This document shows positions 26,976 to 32,000 of a DNA stretch of 32,000 nt, in pieces. This stretch comes from Candidatus Saccharimonadota bacterium (lineage in GTDB: Bacteria > Pseudomonadota > Gammaproteobacteria > Enterobacterales > Enterobacteriaceae). The notes beneath the pieces are model-generated. The model saw nothing but the letters and a program-made list of their open reading frames with translations, searched no databases and had not been told where the DNA came from. The DNA lies in assembly GCF_004296535.1 (NCBI RefSeq), contig NZ_AP018159.1, forward strand, positions 60,001 through 92,000. The letters are read 5' to 3'. Numbering within the stretch: position 1 is the first letter of the stretch; every line of letters starts with the position of its first letter. Position numbers and translations under genes: made by a program.

Positions 26976-28184
26976 TTATTTAAAATATAATAAAATTTTT
27001 TTTTTCTGTCTTATAATTAATTCATTATTTATATTTTTATTTATAAATCCTTCTAAAATTATATCTTTTATAGAAATACAATTAATTAATTTAAATATTT
27101 TTATTATTAAATCTTTTTTAAAATAATTAATTTTATTTTTTTTATCTATAAAAACTATCTTTTTATCTAAGTTTATAAAAGATATTTTTATTATTATATT
27201 TAATAATTCTAAATTATTATTTATTTTTAATAAATGTAATATATCTATTATTTTAAATAAATTAAAATTATTTAATTCTCTATCTAATTTATATATTAAA
27301 TCTATTTTTTTAAGAATAAATTTTATTTTTTTTGGTAAATTAAATTTTATAGATAAAATATTAATTTTATTTTTAAAAATAAATATTTTTTTTTTAATAT
27401 TTTTATTACTTCTTATATAATATTTAAATATTATATAAAACAAAGATAAAAATCTTATTATGTAATTTTTTTCTAAATGATTTATATTTTTATTTTTTTT
27501 AAAAAATTTTTTTTTAAAAAAAAATTGATTATTTATATTATTTAATAAATAACCTATTTCTGGAAAAATTATATTAAGTGAATTAGAAATAATTAAAACT
27601 CTAAAAAAACATATTGGATTATTTGTTAACATAGTTTTTTTTAATTCTTTCCATATTCTATCATAAGATATATATTTCAATTCTCCACTATATGATATTT
27701 TTTTTAACATCTTTATTGTGCTCAATGAGATATTAAAATTTAAATGATATAAATATGAATAAAATCTAGCAACTCTTAATAATCTTAAAGGATCATCAGA
27801 AAAATTATTAGACACATGTTTTATTATTCTATTTTTTATATCTTTGATTCCATTAAAAGGATCTATTATATTATTATAAGAATCTTTAGCAATTGCATTT
27901 ATAGTTAAATCTCTTCTATATAAATCATCAATTATAGTAGTTTTTTTAGAAAAAAAACAAATAAAACCTTTATGGCCAACATTATTTTTAATTTCTTTTC
28001 TAGCTAATGCATATTCTTCTTTAGATTTAGGATGTATAAATACTGGAAATTTTTTACCAACTTGTTTATATCCTAATTTAATCATATTATTTATATCTGA
28101 TCCAACAACTACCCAATCTTTTTCTTTTATAGGTAACTTTAATAATGAATCTCTTATAGCTCCTCCAACAAGATATATTTTCAT
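26976..28184 (-). CDS. cca: CCA-adding tRNA nucleotidyltransferase (head/neck conserved, C-terminal HD region degenerate)
   Basis: 402 aa. The N-terminus MKIYLVGGAIRDSLLKLPIKEKDWVVVG...FPVFIHP...EEYALAR...RRDLTINA...DPLRLLRVARF is collinear with E. coli Cca. The C-terminal half is low-complexity. Confidence 0.9.
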   Translation of the reverse strand: MKIYLVGGAIRDSLLKLPIKEKDWVVVGSDINNMIKLGYKQVGKKFPVFIHPKSKEEYALARKEIKNNVGHKGFICFFSKKTTIIDDLYRRDLTINAIAKDSYNNIIDPFNGIKDIKNRIIKHVSNNFSDDPLRLLRVARFYSYLYHLNFNISLSTIKMLKKISYSGELKYISYDRIWKELKKTMLTNNPICFFRVLIISNSLNIIFPEIGYLLNNINNQFFFKKKFFKKNKNINHLEKNYIIRFLSLFYIIFKYYIRSNKNIKKKIFIFKNKINILSIKFNLPKKIKFILKKIDLIYKLDRELNNFNLFKIIDILHLLKINNNLELLNIIIKISFINLDKKIVFIDKKNKINYFKKDLIIKIFKLINCISIKDIILEGFINKNINNELIIRQKKKILLYFK

Positions 28185-28253
28185 AAATTTTAATAATATT
28201 TTATAAAATTAAAAAATATATATAAAAAAAATATATATTATTTTGTGTTTTTT

Positions 28254-28496
28254 TTAAATATTATTTTTTAATTTCATTATTTTTGATTTAATTCTAGATG
28301 CTTTATTTTTATTTATTATATTTTTATTAGATTTTTTATCTATATAAGACTGAATTTTTATTATATGATCATTATTTAATTCATTATTCTTTTTATATAT
28401 ATTTATTTTTTTTAATAATGTTTTTATAGTAGATTTTGCATAAGAATTTCTTTTTTTATTCCTTATATTTTTAAGTACAAATTTTTTATTTTTCAA
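28254..28496 (-). CDS. rpsT: 30S ribosomal protein S20 (TTG start)
   Basis: 80 aa and basic. The C-terminal IINKNKASRIKSKIMKL parallels E. coli S20 LIHKNKAARHKANLTAQ. Divergent from ileS as in E. coli. The start codon at 28496-28494 is TTG. Confidence 0.85.
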   Translation of the reverse strand: MKNKKFVLKNIRNKKRNSYAKSTIKTLLKKINIYKKNNELNNDHIIKIQSYIDKKSNKNIINKNKASRIKSKIMKLKNNI

Positions 28497-28507
28497 TTTA
28501 ACCTCTT
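28494..28507 (-). promoter_or_regulatory. Shine-Dalgarno (AAGAGG) plus TTG initiation codon of rpsT
   Basis: The reverse strand reads attAAGAGGttaaaTTGaaaaat. AAGAGG is at 28507-28502, followed by a 5-nt spacer and TTG at 28496-28494. Confidence 0.6.
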
Positions 28508-28609
28508 AATCTTTATTTATTTTTTTTAAAAAAAATATTATTCAATAATAATATAAAAAAATATATAATTATATTATATAATAATTTAATTTAAATAATT
28601 AATTTTACT

Positions 28610-31429
28610 ATGAAATTCATAAATAATCTAAATATTCCAAAAACTTCTTTTTCAATTAAAAATAAAATAAATAATGAATTAGAACTTATAAAAAAAATAA
28701 AATATAAAAATATATATAACTTTATAATAAAAAAAAGAAAAAAAAATAAGATTTTTTTTTTACATGATGGGCCTCCTTATGCAAATGGAAATATTCATAT
28801 AGGTCATGCGGTAAATAAAATTTTAAAAGATATAATAGTAAAATTTAAATTATTATCTGGATATAATATATCTTTTATACCTGGATGGGATTGTCATGGA
28901 TTACCAATAGAACTTAAAATTAAAAATAATAATTCTAATATAGAATTACTTAATCTTAAAAATACTAATTCTTTTTTTAAAGAATGTAGAAATTATACAA
29001 ATAATGAAATAGAAAAACAAAAAGAATCTTTTATAAAATTAGGAATAATTGCTGATTGGAAAAATTTTTATTATACTTCAAATTTTAATATAGAATCTAA
29101 AATAATAAATATATTAGGAGAATTATTTAATTTAGGATATTTAGAAAGAAAATTCAAACCTGTATATTGGTGTATAAAATGTAAATCATCTATATCAGAA
29201 ATGGAAGTTATATATAAAAATGAATTATCATTATCATTGTATATTAAATTTGAATTAATCAATGTAAATACAATAAATATTGAAAAAAAATATTTAAAAT
29301 TTAAAATATATTTAATATCATATACAAATACAATTTGGACATTAAATGATGTTACATCTATATCTGTAAATAAAAATATATTTTACAATATAATTTTTTA
29401 TAAAAATGAAGTATATATTTTATTTAATAAAATTTTAAAAAATAATAACTTAAAAAATATTAATTATATAAATATAAATACTATAAAGGGGGAAAAATTA
29501 ATAAATTTAAGATGTATAAATCCACTTAATAAAAAAAATATAAATATAATAAATAATGATAGTATAGATAAAAATATAGAATCCATAATTAATATATCAC
29601 CAGGACATAATTTAATTGATTATGAATTAGGGATAAAAAATAATTTAGATATTTTAAATTCTATAAATGAAAATGGATTTCTATTTTATAATGAATATAA
29701 AAAATATATATATATAGATGAATATAAATTAATAATAAAAAATTTTTTATTTAAAAATAATAAAATTTTTTTATATAAAAATACATATAATAAATATCCT
29801 TTTTGTTATAGACACAATTTTAAAATTTTTTTTAGATTAACATATCAATGGTTTATTAATTTAGAACATAAAAATTTAAGAGAAAAAGCAATAGAATTAA
29901 CTAAAAATGTTAAATGGATTCCAAAATGGGGGAAAAACAAAATACAAAATATGTTATATAATAGATTAGAATGGTGTATATCTAGACAAAGAAAATGGGG
30001 TATACCAATTACATTTTTTATAAATAAAAATAACAATGAGATTCATCCTAAAAGTTATCTATTTATAAAAAAAATTTCTAAAAAAATTAAAAAATATGGA
30101 ATAGAATATTGGAATAATTTAAACATCAAAGATTTTTTAAAAAAAAAAGATTACAATTTATTTTATAAATCTAAAGATATTTTAGATGTTTGGTTTGATT
30201 CTGGTTCTTCTTTAATATTTATGTCATCATTATATAAAAGAATGAAAAAATACAAAAGAGCAGATATATATTTAGAAGGTCAAGATCAATATAGGGGTTG
30301 GTTTATGTCTTCTCTTTTAATAAATGCGGCTTTATTAAATAAAGAACCATATAAAACAGTTATAACTCATGGTTTTGTATTAGATAATTTAAATAAAAAA
30401 ATGTCAAAATCATTAGGAAATGTTATAGATCCTAATATATTAATAAATAAATATGGAAGTGATGTTATAAGATTATGGATAGCGTCCTCCAATTATAATA
30501 AAGATATAAAAATTTCTATAGAAACTTTAAATAGAGTATCAGATATATATAAAAAAATAAGAAACACATTAAGATTTTTAATATCTAATTTATATGATTT
30601 TAATCCTAATATAAATTGTGTTAAATTTAATAATATGGTTAAAATAGATCAATGGATTATAAATAAACTATATTTTGTTCAAGAAAAAATTATGCATAAT
30701 TATAATAATTATTTATTTAATAATGTTATAACTTTAATATCAAATTTTTGTATTATAAATTTAAGTTCTACATATTTTGAAATAATAAAAGATAGACAAT
30801 ATATATTTAATAGTGATTCAAAATATAGAAGAAGTTCTCAAACAGCCATTTTTCATATATTAAAATCAATATCTATAATTATATCTCCAATATTATCATT
30901 TATGTCTAATGAAATATACGACAATTTTATACCTAATAAAAAAAACAAATTAGTTTTTATTGAAAAATGGTATAAATTAAAAAGATTTAATAAAAATGAA
31001 AAATTTAATGAAGATTTTTGGAATATAATTTTTAATATAAAACATCAAATTAATATTATTTTAGAAGAAAAAATAAAAAAAAAGTATATACAAACATTTA
31101 TGGAAATGGATATTATATTATATATAATAAATAAAAAAAAATTTTTCAATAAAATAAATATTTTAAAAAATGAATTAAAATATATTTTTATAGTATCTCA
31201 TGTACTTTTAGTAAAATTAAAAAAAATTAATAATAATAATAATACTATTAATAATAATTTAAAATTCTCTAAAATAAATTTTATAAAAATAAAAACTTTT
31301 CACAATTTTTATAAAAAAAAATGTAATAGATGTTGGAATTTTTATAGAAAAAAATATATAAAAAATAAAATTTGTAAAAGATGTATAAATATAATTAATT
31401 ATAAAGAAGAAAAAAGATTTTTTGCATAA
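28610..31429 (+). CDS. ileS: isoleucine--tRNA ligase
   Basis: 939 aa with PPYANGNIHIGH, WCISRQRKWGIPI, KMSKS and the C-terminal zinc-finger pairs CNRCW...CKRC. Confidence 0.95.
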   Translation: MKFINNLNIPKTSFSIKNKINNELELIKKIKYKNIYNFIIKKRKKNKIFFLHDGPPYANGNIHIGHAVNKILKDIIVKFKLLSGYNISFIPGWDCHGLPIELKIKNNNSNIELLNLKNTNSFFKECRNYTNNEIEKQKESFIKLGIIADWKNFYYTSNFNIESKIINILGELFNLGYLERKFKPVYWCIKCKSSISEMEVIYKNELSLSLYIKFELINVNTINIEKKYLKFKIYLISYTNTIWTLNDVTSISVNKNIFYNIIFYKNEVYILFNKILKNNNLKNINYININTIKGEKLINLRCINPLNKKNINIINNDSIDKNIESIINISPGHNLIDYELGIKNNLDILNSINENGFLFYNEYKKYIYIDEYKLIIKNFLFKNNKIFLYKNTYNKYPFCYRHNFKIFFRLTYQWFINLEHKNLREKAIELTKNVKWIPKWGKNKIQNMLYNRLEWCISRQRKWGIPITFFINKNNNEIHPKSYLFIKKISKKIKKYGIEYWNNLNIKDFLKKKDYNLFYKSKDILDVWFDSGSSLIFMSSLYKRMKKYKRADIYLEGQDQYRGWFMSSLLINAALLNKEPYKTVITHGFVLDNLNKKMSKSLGNVIDPNILINKYGSDVIRLWIASSNYNKDIKISIETLNRVSDIYKKIRNTLRFLISNLYDFNPNINCVKFNNMVKIDQWIINKLYFVQEKIMHNYNNYLFNNVITLISNFCIINLSSTYFEIIKDRQYIFNSDSKYRRSSQTAIFHILKSISIIISPILSFMSNEIYDNFIPNKKNKLVFIEKWYKLKRFNKNEKFNEDFWNIIFNIKHQINIILEEKIKKKYIQTFMEMDIILYIINKKKFFNKINILKNELKYIFIVSHVLLVKLKKINNNNNTINNNLKFSKINFIKIKTFHNFYKKKCNRCWNFYRKKYIKNKICKRCINIINYKEEKRFFA

Positions 31430-31444
31430 ATTTTTTTTTAAAAA

Positions 31445-32000
31445 TTATATATATTTATGTAGGTTATAAAAATCATTTAATGAAAGTTTATTATGTCTAA
31501 AATTAGGGTCACAGATATTTTTTATTTTATCAAAATTAATAAATGATTTTAGACTATTTTTTATCATTTTTCTTTTTTTATTAAAAATTAAATTAAGTAA
31601 AAATTTAAATTTTAAAAAATTTATTTTTGATATATTTATATTAAATTTAGGAGTTAATTTTATAATAGAAGAATTTACTTTTGGTATTGGAAAAAACGAA
31701 TTTGGATATATTTTATAATTAATAATTTCTATATTAAAAAATATATTTATTATTACACTTAATTTTGAATTGAACCCATTTGAACATTTTAATTTTTCTG
31801 CAACTTCTTTTTGAATTATAAAATAAGCACTATCTATTATTTTATAATATTTGTTTAAATTTAATAAAATAGGTATTGATGAACAATAAGGTAAACTACC
31901 TATTATTTTTAATTTATAATTTTTGTTAATAAACATTAATTTAATTTTTTCAATATTTACATATCTAGCATCTCTATTTAAAATAAATATTTTTTTATAT
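31445..32000 (-). CDS. rsmA: 16S rRNA (adenine1518/1519-N6)-dimethyltransferase RsmA/KsgA, 3' part (5' end runs off the right window edge)
   Basis: The ORF-track entry starts at an internal Met (31936). The frame stays open to position 32000: upstream codons read YKKIFILNRDARYVNIEKIKL-MFINKNYKLKIIGSLPYCSSIPIL. RDA...(I)IGSLPY.SS parallels E. coli KsgA QQDAMTFNF...RVFGNLPYNISTP. The SAM-binding N-terminus must lie beyond the window. Confidence 0.8.
   Translation of the reverse strand, partial: YKKIFILNRDARYVNIEKIKLMFINKNYKLKIIGSLPYCSSIPILLNLNKYYKIIDSAYFIIQKEVAEKLKCSNGFNSKLSVIINIFFNIEIINYKIYPNSFFPIPKVNSSIIKLTPKFNINISKINFLKFKFLLNLIFNKKRKMIKNSLKSFINFDKIKNICDPNFRHNKLSLNDFYNLHKYI

Noticed and set aside
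1-32000. Search for a novel multi-gene system (defence island, toxin-antitoxin, CRISPR, phage or mobile element, secretion or biosynthetic cluster)
   Set aside because: Every ORF of substantial length maps to a recognisable housekeeping gene in E. coli-like synteny, apart from one 190-aa ORF with a plausible DolP-like identity. I saw no direct-repeat arrays, integrase or transposase-like proteins, or compositional islands. The largest non-coding gaps are no more than about 180 bp of near-pure A/T.
1-32000. Possible UGA (or other stop codon) reassignment, as in some tiny symbiont genomes
   Set aside because: Under the standard code all genes are full length. Conserved Trp positions I checked (for example CysRS PGWHIECS and YbhL-like KVYCWM) are encoded by TGG. 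Genes end in TAA or TAG without needing read-through.

Overview
This window is a gene-dense, extremely A+T-rich stretch (by eye about 85-90% A+T). It looks like a highly reduced gammaproteobacterial (Enterobacterales-derived) obligate endosymbiont genome. I can support 27 protein-coding genes, two of them cut by the window edges. One of those, plus rpsU, is absent from the supplied ORF track. There are also 4 tRNA genes and the RNase P RNA. Gene content is almost all housekeeping: aminoacyl-tRNA synthetases (leuS, cysS, valS, ileS), replication (holA, dnaX, dnaG), rpoD, ribosomal proteins (rpsI, rplM, rpsU, rpsT), RNA maturation (ybeY, rsfS, rsmA, tsaD, cca, rnpB), cell wall (mrdA, mrdB, murA), degQ, pepA, and two metabolic enzymes (aroC, glyA). 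Gene order is a collapsed version of E. coli microsynteny: leuS-[lptE]-holA-[nadD,cobC]-rsfS-[rlmH]-mrdA-mrdB; glyW-cysT-leuZ; pepA-[holC]-valS; rpsU-dnaG-rpoD divergent from tsaD; rpsT divergent from [ribF]-ileS-[lspA]. Bracketed genes are cleanly absent. I find no mobile elements, CRISPR arrays, defence or toxin-antitoxin modules, no accessory island and no sign of stop-codon recoding. I therefore do not claim a novel multi-gene system here. What deserves a second look is a set of reductive-evolution signatures: a DnaX cut back to clamp-loader domains I-III with holC deleted; a peroxiredoxin ORF that has lost its catalytic Thr/Cys/Arg; eroded editing-site motifs in LeuRS and ValRS, with IleRS partly retained; tRNA genes with no encoded CCA alongside a CCA enzyme whose HD domain has decayed; rpsT keeping a TTG start and the only strong Shine-Dalgarno I could see; near-consensus sigma70 promoters in front of both tRNA transcription units; and a diverged DolP/BON-like protein without a lipobox cysteine. 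The composition and the retention of peptidoglycan genes plus aroC resemble tyrosine-provisioning beetle symbionts such as Nardonella, but identity cannot be established from this window. All motif comparisons are against E. coli sequences recalled from memory and need alignment or HMM confirmation.
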